A stretch of 64,000 nt of DNA. Origin: an archaeon GW2011_AR15. Lineage in GTDB: Archaea > Nanobdellota > Nanobdellia > Woesearchaeales > GW2011-AR15. Under the pieces are notes generated by a model, which saw nothing but the letters and a program-made list of their open reading frames with translations, did not search any database and had not been told where the DNA came from. Position 1 is the stretch's first letter. Each line of letters starts with the position of its first letter. Made by a program: the position numbers and the translations under genes. The DNA lies in NCBI GenBank assembly GCA_000830295.1, contig CP010425.1:806884-870883 (forward strand), read 5' to 3'. Below are positions 57,579 to 64,000 of the stretch, one piece after another.

Positions 57579-59501
57579 TCACTGGTGGATCATAACCTCT
57601 ACATCCTTGCCAAAGAGTTCTCTGAGGTTTTCAAAGATAGGCTGCTTTATGAAAACCCTGGTAGGTATGGACTGGTCTGCCAGAGCCTTTTCAAGCTCCT
57701 GTATTGAACTTCCACTTATATTCTCCAGCGCACCTTCGGCAGTTATATCTGCTTTTGATATCTGCTTTTCATCAGCATCAAGGTCATGCGTTATGAAAGC
57801 GGTTTTTCCCAGGAGCACCACTTCACCAAAAACATCACCGTATTTTACCCTGATAGTGGCTTTCTCTATCTCTCTTCCTCTCTTCCTCTGTATATGCTCA
57901 ATCAGGAATTTGTGCAGGTCCTTGCTTATCTTCGTGACATTATTAACATCTGTCCTTGTAAGCTTGGAATTGTCATAGTCATCTTTTGCCTTCACGATTT
58001 CCTTTATCATCCTGAGGAACTTATGAGGGACTTTCCCAGTGTCTATTATCTCATGCTCAAATGTCCTGAGAACTTCATCTTCCTTGATTTTCTCAACACC
58101 CTCAATCCTCAGGATATCCCTTACCAGTGTTATTGTGTTCTCATATGTGGTAACAAGGGACTCTTCTTCCTTTATTTTGTCAATCTGCTTGAACAGCCTC
58201 TTGATTCTTTTCAGGAATTTATCTGCATCGCCAAGAAGCTCATCAACCTCTTTTCCGGTAAGCTCTTTCTTTGTCTGGTGCTCAAGCTCTTTCCTGACTT
58301 TTATGTTGTTTTCAAGTATCTTGATATACTCTTCCTCCAGAAGCTTTTCTTTTTTCACGAAAATTTCTCTCATCAGATCCGGAGTTTCCTTTGGAGTCGG
58401 AGGAGACACTCCATAAAGCATCAGAGCAGCCTGCGATGGGGTCAGGATAGCATAGAAAGTATCCTCCATGCCGATAGAACTCAGCTTGTACTTTACCCTT
58501 GAGACCAGCTGCTCTCCTGAACTCATGAAAAGGTCAATTGCTTCAGGGCTTGGCTTTACTTTTCCCATCTGCAGAAGCTGCTTCCACGGCATGAATATTC
58601 CCCTGTCATAGAATGGGATGCCATCCCTCAGGAAAGTGAATATGATTGGATTGGCCTCTTTTATGTTGTCCCAGAAGTCTGTCAGTATATAGACCTGGAT
58701 GTTCAGCTTGTTCTTAATCCTTGTAAGCTCACCTGCCTCGAGCCCCATCCCTATAATGATGGCCCTCAGCTTGTCCTTAAGCTCCACTCTTGTCATTTTC
58801 TTGACATCAGTGTCATCTATCACAACAAATACATCGATGTCAGAATCAGGCTTTGCTTTGCCCTGGACAAGGCTTCCTGCAAGAACATAGGTTACAATAT
58901 ATTTTTCAAACTTCTTCAGCACCATCTGCTTGTGTATTTCTGCTATCTTAATTGCTGCAAGCATCCCTGTATCATATACTATCCCCCCTGAAGCTATTTT
59001 GCCCAGAACTTCATATTTTGCATCATAGCAGCTCTGCCACACATCACTCAGGATAAGGGTTTCAGGAATCATTGAGGGGTTGATATCTTTTGCAATCTTT
59101 TCGATTATCTGGCTGAGCTTGCTTTTCAGTTCATATTTTGACATTTTTTTGCTGTCAGAATCATCCACAAGCACCATAACAGAAATCTCGCTCTCCTCGG
59201 CAGCTGGCTGATGCGGCACTGGCACAGCCTTGTTCATAGGAACAGGTGATAATCCGGACAGCATGCCAGGCAGAGCTGGCTGAGGAAACTTCTGCTTTGG
59301 CTGGGGAGGCAGCAGGCTTATCCCCATTATGTATTTGTCAAATTTTGCAATTACTTCTTTCTTAAACCTGTCAACTTCTTTTTTTATCTTCTCAAGCTTC
59401 TCTTTTGCTTCCTTGCTCAGATTTGGTATTTTATCCAGATTGAATTCGTCATTTTCCTCTTCTTTGACCTTTTCCTGTTCTTTTTTTCCTTTTGCTGCCA
59501 T
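57579..59501 (-). CDS. Pol-beta-superfamily nucleotidyltransferase-domain protein with K/E-rich and Pro-rich N-terminus and internally repeated segments
   Basis: LAGSLVQGKAKPDSDIDVFVVIDDTD matches the GS-x9-13-DxD NTase motif. An upstream degenerate repeat (VMVLVDDSDSKKMSKYELKSKL vs VFVVIDDTDVKKMTRVELKDKL). Coiled-coil-rich C-half. Confidence 0.5.
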   Translation of the reverse strand: MAAKGKKEQEKVKEEENDEFNLDKIPNLSKEAKEKLEKIKKEVDRFKKEVIAKFDKYIMGISLLPPQPKQKFPQPALPGMLSGLSPVPMNKAVPVPHQPAAEESEISVMVLVDDSDSKKMSKYELKSKLSQIIEKIAKDINPSMIPETLILSDVWQSCYDAKYEVLGKIASGGIVYDTGMLAAIKIAEIHKQMVLKKFEKYIVTYVLAGSLVQGKAKPDSDIDVFVVIDDTDVKKMTRVELKDKLRAIIIGMGLEAGELTRIKNKLNIQVYILTDFWDNIKEANPIIFTFLRDGIPFYDRGIFMPWKQLLQMGKVKPSPEAIDLFMSSGEQLVSRVKYKLSSIGMEDTFYAILTPSQAALMLYGVSPPTPKETPDLMREIFVKKEKLLEEEYIKILENNIKVRKELEHQTKKELTGKEVDELLGDADKFLKRIKRLFKQIDKIKEEESLVTTYENTITLVRDILRIEGVEKIKEDEVLRTFEHEIIDTGKVPHKFLRMIKEIVKAKDDYDNSKLTRTDVNNVTKISKDLHKFLIEHIQRKRGREIEKATIRVKYGDVFGEVVLLGKTAFITHDLDADEKQISKADITAEGALENISGSSIQELEKALADQSIPTRVFIKQPIFENLRELFGKDVEVMIHQ

Positions 59502-59733
59502 AAGCTCACCTTGTGAAAGTTACTATTTATTCAAGGTAGCCGGACTCAATATATAAATAAAATTGTAGTTTAGCCTATAGAAGTGTGACATAAATGACAA
59601 TTGGAAGTACAGGTATAAGAATAAAACGCCTGTTAAGCTGTTTTTGGATTGTTTGAAGGAGCATGGGTTTGGTTATACGGTTAGGCATACATACAAGTAT
59701 TTAAAAAATAGAGAAGGTATTTTGGTATAAAAT

Positions 59734-60891
59734 CTATGGGATTCCTGTTCCATCTATGAATCTATCCAAACTACTATAAGAAACTGGTATTTCTGGGCCT
59801 TCAAATATATATTCATACATTATTTCGTATCCTGAAGGAATATTAATAAATGTATTAGATTCTGTTATTTGAGTTTCTCTTGGAATACCAAGAAAAACTA
59901 TTGCCCCTCTATTATCATATGCCCAACTACAATTTTCAAATGAGTTATTATCTAGATATGGTGAGCCTCTACTTATATTAACACAACTACTTGAATTTGG
60001 TCCTAAGGTATTATCAATTAAATTAACTGTGCTGCCATTTAAGGCAATTAACTCGTGCCCTTTATCATGTTCATTGTAAATACTATTACCTATAATATCT
60101 CCTTCCAAAACATCATATAAACAAAGTGCACATTCACCAACATTTCTTAGTGTACTATAACTTATCTCACCTCTCTTTTCAAAATTAAGATACCTATAGT
60201 ATTCTATTGTTGCATGTGAGATAGTGCCTTGAACAAAAGTAAAAAAATTCCAATCATAAATCATAGGATTTTCAGAAGCTGAAGTGATTAAAACTTGGTT
60301 TTCTTCCGTACCACTACAATCAAGATTACCTAATATCTGGATAGACACATGGTTCTTTTCATCTCTAAATGGTTCCCCTTTATGAACACCATCAAGATTT
60401 TCATATTCGTTGTTTATTCCAGATCTTTCATATGCTTCACCGTAATGTGCATATAAATCATGGACATCATTATTCGCATCAACATAAACCTGCGGGCTAT
60501 CCACGCAGGTAACGTTCTGTGCATTGACATCCCCTATAACATACACATTTCCGCTTAGCTCTAAATCTCTTGAAAAATTCTGTCCTGCTTCCCCATACCA
60601 GAAATAGTTGATTAATTTCTCTTCTCCCTGTATCATCATGGGAATAGGCTCTGCTAATGTGATATTTGTAGGCACCCTGACACCCTGTACTTCCTGGTAA
60701 ACCGGCTCAGGCGTGGCTGTAGGCGTATTTGTAGGGATTGTAGTTGGAGTGTATGTAGCTGTAATTGCCGGCCTGTCTGTTTGAGTTATGTTCGGACTGG
60801 CCTGCGCCTGGCCAGAACATGCTGAGGTAACTAATAGTGATAACCCGGCTCCAAATAATAGCGTTTTTTGAATAATTTTTGTTAAGCTCAT
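59734..60891 (-). CDS. Secreted Thr/Pro-linker beta-helix surface protein (paralog of 37883-39016, inverted orientation)
   Basis: N-terminal ~150 aa ~90% identical to the 37883 product, including TATYTPTTIPTNTPTATPEP and EEKLINYFWYGEAGQNFSRDLELSGNVYVIGDVNAQNVTC. Underlying DNA ~85% identical over ~450 bp. Confidence 0.55.
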   Translation of the reverse strand: MSLTKIIQKTLLFGAGLSLLVTSACSGQAQASPNITQTDRPAITATYTPTTIPTNTPTATPEPVYQEVQGVRVPTNITLAEPIPMMIQGEEKLINYFWYGEAGQNFSRDLELSGNVYVIGDVNAQNVTCVDSPQVYVDANNDVHDLYAHYGEAYERSGINNEYENLDGVHKGEPFRDEKNHVSIQILGNLDCSGTEENQVLITSASENPMIYDWNFFTFVQGTISHATIEYYRYLNFEKRGEISYSTLRNVGECALCLYDVLEGDIIGNSIYNEHDKGHELIALNGSTVNLIDNTLGPNSSSCVNISRGSPYLDNNSFENCSWAYDNRGAIVFLGIPRETQITESNTFINIPSGYEIMYEYIFEGPEIPVSYSSLDRFIDGTGIP

Positions 60892-60926
60892 AGTGAGAAG
60901 TGTTAAAAAGTTATATTTAAAGGTAA

Positions 60927-61532
60927 CTAGGCCACTGCAATATTGAGCTTGCTCATCTTCCTGTATAATGTTCTCTTTCCGACATCAATCGCAGCAGCTG
61001 TCCTCTGCACATTGTATTCATTGTTTTTCAGGGCCTTCTCCAGGTATTCTTTTTCAAAAACTTCAACTGCGTCTTCATAGGAGTGGTGGCCTATATGCTC
61101 TGCAATAATCTGGGAGATGTCATCAAGGTTTGAGTAGATCCTCTTTATCTTGGACTCATCAAAGCCTGAAAGAGTGCCTTCAAGAATCTGGTGTATGTTT
61201 TCTTTCATGTACTCTGCAGGCTTTACAAGCTCCCTTCTGTGGCTCTCCGTGTCTATGTCAAGCTCTGTTATTATCCTGTGGATATGCCTCCTGTGGAGCT
61301 GGGCTTTTTTTGCAGCCAGGCTTATGTTTCCAAGGCTCAGCACGAGAAGGTCATTGAAATAATTTTTCAGGAATTCTTTCCTGGCCTCTTTAAATGTTTT
61401 TGAGAAGTCTATGGTAAACAGGAGCCTGAACTCGAGATTGGTTGCTATATCCTCCTTAATCTCCTTTGCCTCTTTGCCTCTGCTTACGTGCCTGTTTATT
61501 GCACTGTCAACGAGCGTGGATATTGTCTCCAT
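60927..61532 (-). CDS. DNA-binding protein with a C-terminal Fis/NtrC-type helix-turn-helix
   Basis: C-terminus NEYNVQRTAAAIDVGKRTLYRKMSKLNI resembles the HTH_8/Fis family. 201 aa. Confidence 0.5.
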   Translation of the reverse strand: METISTLVDSAINRHVSRGKEAKEIKEDIATNLEFRLLFTIDFSKTFKEARKEFLKNYFNDLLVLSLGNISLAAKKAQLHRRHIHRIITELDIDTESHRRELVKPAEYMKENIHQILEGTLSGFDESKIKRIYSNLDDISQIIAEHIGHHSYEDAVEVFEKEYLEKALKNNEYNVQRTAAAIDVGKRTLYRKMSKLNIAVA

Positions 61533-61555
61533 AAGATAAGGTAGAAAATCATGGT

Positions 61556-62818
61556 TTATATTACTTGTGCTCTCAGGTCAAAAGAAGTCACCTTTTTCAC
61601 ATCAACTTCAATTTCTTCTCCAATATTGAAATGCCCCTCTACAATTACAGGCTTATATGCATAATTTCTTCCTACAAGGCTTCCCTCCTTGCCCTGCTCA
61701 TCTATGATTATCTCCCCTCTCCAGCCAATCCATTTCCTGTTGTTTTCCCTTGCTATCCTGTGGTAGAGCTTTGTGAGTTCAATGCTCCTGTTTTTTATTT
61801 CAAGAGTTGGCAGCTGTTTTTTCTTGGCAGCCACTGTCCCGGGCCTTGCCCAGAATCTTGAAATATTCATCACATCCGGCCTTGTTTTCTCAAGTATTCT
61901 AAGCGTCTCCAGAAAATCTTCCCTAGTTTCCCCGGGGTAGCCGACAATTATGTCAGTTGCAATTGTTATGTCAGGATGGACTGCCCTGAATTTCTCTATT
62001 ATCTTCACAAATGTTTCTGCCGTGTAATTCCTCTTCATTTTTTTAAGGACATTGTCTGAGCCTGCCTGTAGTGGGATATGCAGGAATTTGAACATCCTTT
62101 TGTCTTTAAAGACCTCAATCAGCTCATCCAGGTAATCCGGCAGGAAGTCAGGGTTGCCCATCCCCAGCCTCACTTTGAACCCCCTCTTCATCTCAAATAT
62201 CTTCTTCAAGAGAGCTACTATAGTTGTTCCTATGTCATAGCCGTAGCATGCAGTATCCTGGCTTGTAAGCCAGATTTCTTTAGCCCCGTCATTCAGGGCA
62301 TTTCTTATATGGCTGACTATCTCTTCAGGCTGGTAAGATACAAGATGCCCCCTTGAGAACTTGGTGGCGCAGAAATTGCAGCTTCCGAGGCAGCCTTCAT
62401 TTATTGGCACAATCTCAACAATGCTGTTCTTCCTGACTTTTGGGATATTGAGCCTTCCTGTACTTTCTTTTTTGAAGAGCTGGACTGTATTGCCCGACAA
62501 AGTCTCATCCACAACTTCAACCACCGAATTTATCTGGTTGCTTCCGATTACAGAGAATCTCTCGAATTTGGATTTGTCGCGCTCTGCCTGCGGCACGCAG
62601 CCTGCAAGAATCTTTGTTTTCTTTATGTTTTTGAGATCCCTCCAGAACTTGTTTTCTGCCTTATTTTTTACAGTGCAGCTGTTTATTATCACAACATCAG
62701 CATCGCCTTCAGAATCAACCAGCCTGTATCTTTGCGATTTGACCAGCAGGCCAGCCATATTCTCTGAGTCTGCCTGGTTAAAAGAGCATCCGTATGTCTT
62801 GATGAAGATTTTTTTCAT
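61556..62818 (-). CDS. MiaB/MtaB-family radical SAM methylthiotransferase (UPF0004 N-domain, radical SAM, TRAM)
   Basis: MKKIFIKTYGCSFNQADSE (MTTase N-terminal cysteines), INEGCLGSCNFCATKFSRG CxxxCxxC core, GYPGETREDF. Start set at Met23 (62816-62818) because the longer ORF overlaps the tRNA. Confidence 0.75.
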   Translation of the reverse strand: MKKIFIKTYGCSFNQADSENMAGLLVKSQRYRLVDSEGDADVVIINSCTVKNKAENKFWRDLKNIKKTKILAGCVPQAERDKSKFERFSVIGSNQINSVVEVVDETLSGNTVQLFKKESTGRLNIPKVRKNSIVEIVPINEGCLGSCNFCATKFSRGHLVSYQPEEIVSHIRNALNDGAKEIWLTSQDTACYGYDIGTTIVALLKKIFEMKRGFKVRLGMGNPDFLPDYLDELIEVFKDKRMFKFLHIPLQAGSDNVLKKMKRNYTAETFVKIIEKFRAVHPDITIATDIIVGYPGETREDFLETLRILEKTRPDVMNISRFWARPGTVAAKKKQLPTLEIKNRSIELTKLYHRIARENNRKWIGWRGEIIIDEQGKEGSLVGRNYAYKPVIVEGHFNIGEEIEVDVKKVTSFDLRAQVI

Positions 62819-62835
62819 TTTCCCTGAAAAATAAA

Positions 62836-62961
62836 TGCGGGTGAGGGGATTCGAGCCCCCGACCTCAGGATTTCTAGCGCGCATGAAATATCATCGCCTA
62901 ACGGCTCATCACTCATAAGCATATGAGTCCTGCGCTATAGACCAAGCTAAGCTACACCCGC
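62836..62961 (-). tRNA. tRNA-Met: tRNA with CAT anticodon (elongator Met or Ile2-type) carrying a ~50-nt intron at the canonical 37/38 position
   Basis: Minus-strand sequence GCGGGTG-TA-GCT..AGC-CAGGA-CTCATA-[intron TGCTTATGAGTGATGAGCC...GCTAGAA]-A-TCCTG-AGGTC-GGGGGCTCGAATCCCCT-CACCCGC-A. Acceptor, anticodon and T stems pair. G1:C72 argues against an initiator. CCA is not encoded. Confidence 0.8.
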
Positions 62962-63001
62962 TTAGTCCAGAAAGAATTCTATGAGTTTTATAAAAGTATT
63001 G

Positions 63002-63412
63002 CTATATACTCTCAATAATTTTGTTTTTTACTGCTATCATCTCATCTTCACTATAGTCCTTCTTTGGCCAGTGCTTTAACCCGTCATTTTCAAATCTTGG
63101 GATTATATGGAAGTGTGTATGGAAAACAACCTGTCCGGCAACAGGTCCCGTGTTCGCAATGAAATTAAATCCTTCTGCACTTACTGCCTTCATCACAGCC
63201 GCGCTTATTTTCTTTGCTGCCTTCATCACAGCCGCCAGATCCTTATTATTGTCCTCCAGCATGTCCTTTGAATGCTTCTTTGGCACTATCAGGGTATGCC
63301 CTTTATTTGCAGGCGCAATATCCAGGAAGGCCATAACATCCTTATCCTCATATACTTTTAATGTAGGTATTTTGCCTGCTATTATCTTACAAAATATACA
63401 ATTTTCATCCAT
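63002..63412 (-). CDS. HIT-family (histidine triad) nucleotide hydrolase
   Basis: MDENCIFCKIIAGKIP...HTHFHIIPR histidine triad. Confidence 0.75.
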   Translation of the reverse strand: MDENCIFCKIIAGKIPTLKVYEDKDVMAFLDIAPANKGHTLIVPKKHSKDMLEDNNKDLAAVMKAAKKISAAVMKAVSAEGFNFIANTGPVAGQVVFHTHFHIIPRFENDGLKHWPKKDYSEDEMIAVKNKIIESI

Positions 63413-63476
63413 TTTACATTCACCTTTTGATGCTTAATTTTGCTTTGTATTTAAACCTTTTTTCTAAGCGCAGTAT

Positions 63477-63632
63477 TTTGTCTCAAAAATGTCTTATTTT
63501 TGTCTTTTTTTGTATCTTTCTCGTCTCAAAATTAAATTTGAGACACCCCTTCATTTCCTGTGGAACTTTGGCTGTTTTTTGAGTCTCAATCAGGTCTCAA
63601 AAAATTCTGAGAAGGTATCAGTTTTGTCTCAT
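63477..63632. promoter_or_regulatory. Array of six GTCTCA(A) motifs, including one 8-bp-arm palindrome, in the divergent intergenic region
   Basis: gtctcaaaaa (63480), palindrome gtctcaaa-attaaa-tttgagac (63523-63544), gtctcaat (63583), gtctcaaaaaa (63594), gtctcatcc (63626). Lies between the divergent HIT gene and the plus-strand ORF. Confidence 0.4.
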
Positions 63633-63677
63633 CCATCACATAAAAATTTATATACTAGTTAATGATTTTTCATTTTC

Positions 63678-64000
63678 ATGTTCGGGGGCGATAGTGATAG
63701 AAATAGCATTGCGAAAGCTTTTTCCAAGATAACCGGAGATGTAGCGAAGCTCAGTGAAGAGCTAAACAGGCTTAAGCAGGACCACAGTAAACTTCTGGAA
63801 GAAAATATGGCCCTAAAAAAGCAGATTTCAGCCAATTCTTTTTCTTTTGACAGAGAGATGATAGGCAGCATTGTTAAAGAAACCCTAAAGCATGCGCCGA
63901 GCAGCAATAGCCTGATGAAAAAATTCAACAAGAAAAGAAAAAGCATCCTGACTGTAAGGATAAGCAACCTTGCAATGCACCAGAACCTTACTCTCCCGGA
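63678..64000 (+). CDS. Coiled-coil protein, N-terminal part (continues beyond the window end)
   Basis: ATG at 63678. Translation MFGGDSDRNSIAKAFSKITGDVAKLSEELNRLKQDHSKLLEENMALKKQI... is open to the window end with plausible composition. The opposing-strand ORF (63659-63967) is low-complexity Leu/Phe-rich. Confidence 0.35.
   Translation, partial: MFGGDSDRNSIAKAFSKITGDVAKLSEELNRLKQDHSKLLEENMALKKQISANSFSFDREMIGSIVKETLKHAPSSNSLMKKFNKKRKSILTVRISNLAMHQNLTLP

Noticed and set aside
57579-59501. CBASS/CD-NTase-type defence system
   Set aside because: The GS...DxD motif fits the generic Pol-beta NTase fold. There is no recognisable cyclase C-terminal domain, no effector with a nucleotide-sensing domain, and no Cap genes. 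The evidence is insufficient.
61556-62884. 442-aa longest ORF for the methylthiotransferase extending over the tRNA
   Set aside because: The first 22 residues (MRARNPEVGGSNPLTRIYFSGK) are the reverse-frame read-through of the tRNA gene. The conserved MTTase N-terminus begins at MKKIFIKTYGC, so the start is set at 62818.
63659-63967. Minus-strand 102-aa ORF at the window end
   Set aside because: It is Leu/Phe-rich low-complexity sequence (LLLGACFRV...) with no features. The plus-strand frame starting at 63678 encodes a plausible coiled-coil protein and fits the divergent promoter layout.
1-64000. Mobile genetic element, prophage, transposase or integrase
   Set aside because: No integrase, transposase, capsid, terminase or recombinase-like ORFs were recognised. 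The only tRNA has no adjacent integrase or att-like long repeat beyond the small 3'-end duplications noted.

Overview
This 64 kb window looks archaeal and is low-GC (~38%). The evidence is an intron-containing tRNA(CAT), class III (KGQ/KKAV) pilin signal peptides and a FlaI/PilB-type ATPase. Almost every gene is on the minus strand. Positions 1-6.6 kb hold a type IV pilus-like locus: a partial assembly ATPase, several pilin-like proteins and a 1068-aa Cys-rich surface protein. The remaining ~55 kb is one large surface-glycan or macromolecule tailoring island. It carries the Wzm/Wzt ABC exporter, GT2, GT4 and GT-C-like glycosyltransferases, a DPM1-like polyprenyl-phosphate glycosyltransferase, PGI/PMI, a NodU/CmcH carbamoyltransferase, one canonical and one glutaminase-dead asparagine-synthetase homologue, and a sulfation module (CysD-like PP-loop ATPase, ASST-like beta-propeller, two sulfatases, one NPP-type phosphodiesterase). 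The island also holds 12 radical SAM proteins with 14 radical SAM domains. Seven of these are cobalamin-binding (class B) radical SAM modules, and three of them are fused into a single 1433-aa polypeptide. Five more belong to one radical SAM/SPASM paralog family with a CxxxCxxC[W/R]xxSP signature, and one is a MiaB/MtaB-type methylthiotransferase. I think this radical SAM plus sulfation island, together with a recurring [KR]-L-x-S-L-G-Y peptide motif on co-operonic proteins, is the most likely undescribed system here. Smaller observations are: an inverted pair of beta-helix surface-protein paralogs bracketing ~20 kb; two places where a gene 3' end is duplicated around a small hairpin insert; three tandem ~170-aa paralogs of unknown function; a GTCTCA repeat array; and a box C-like motif in the tRNA intron. 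I found no transposase, integrase, CRISPR array or rRNA.
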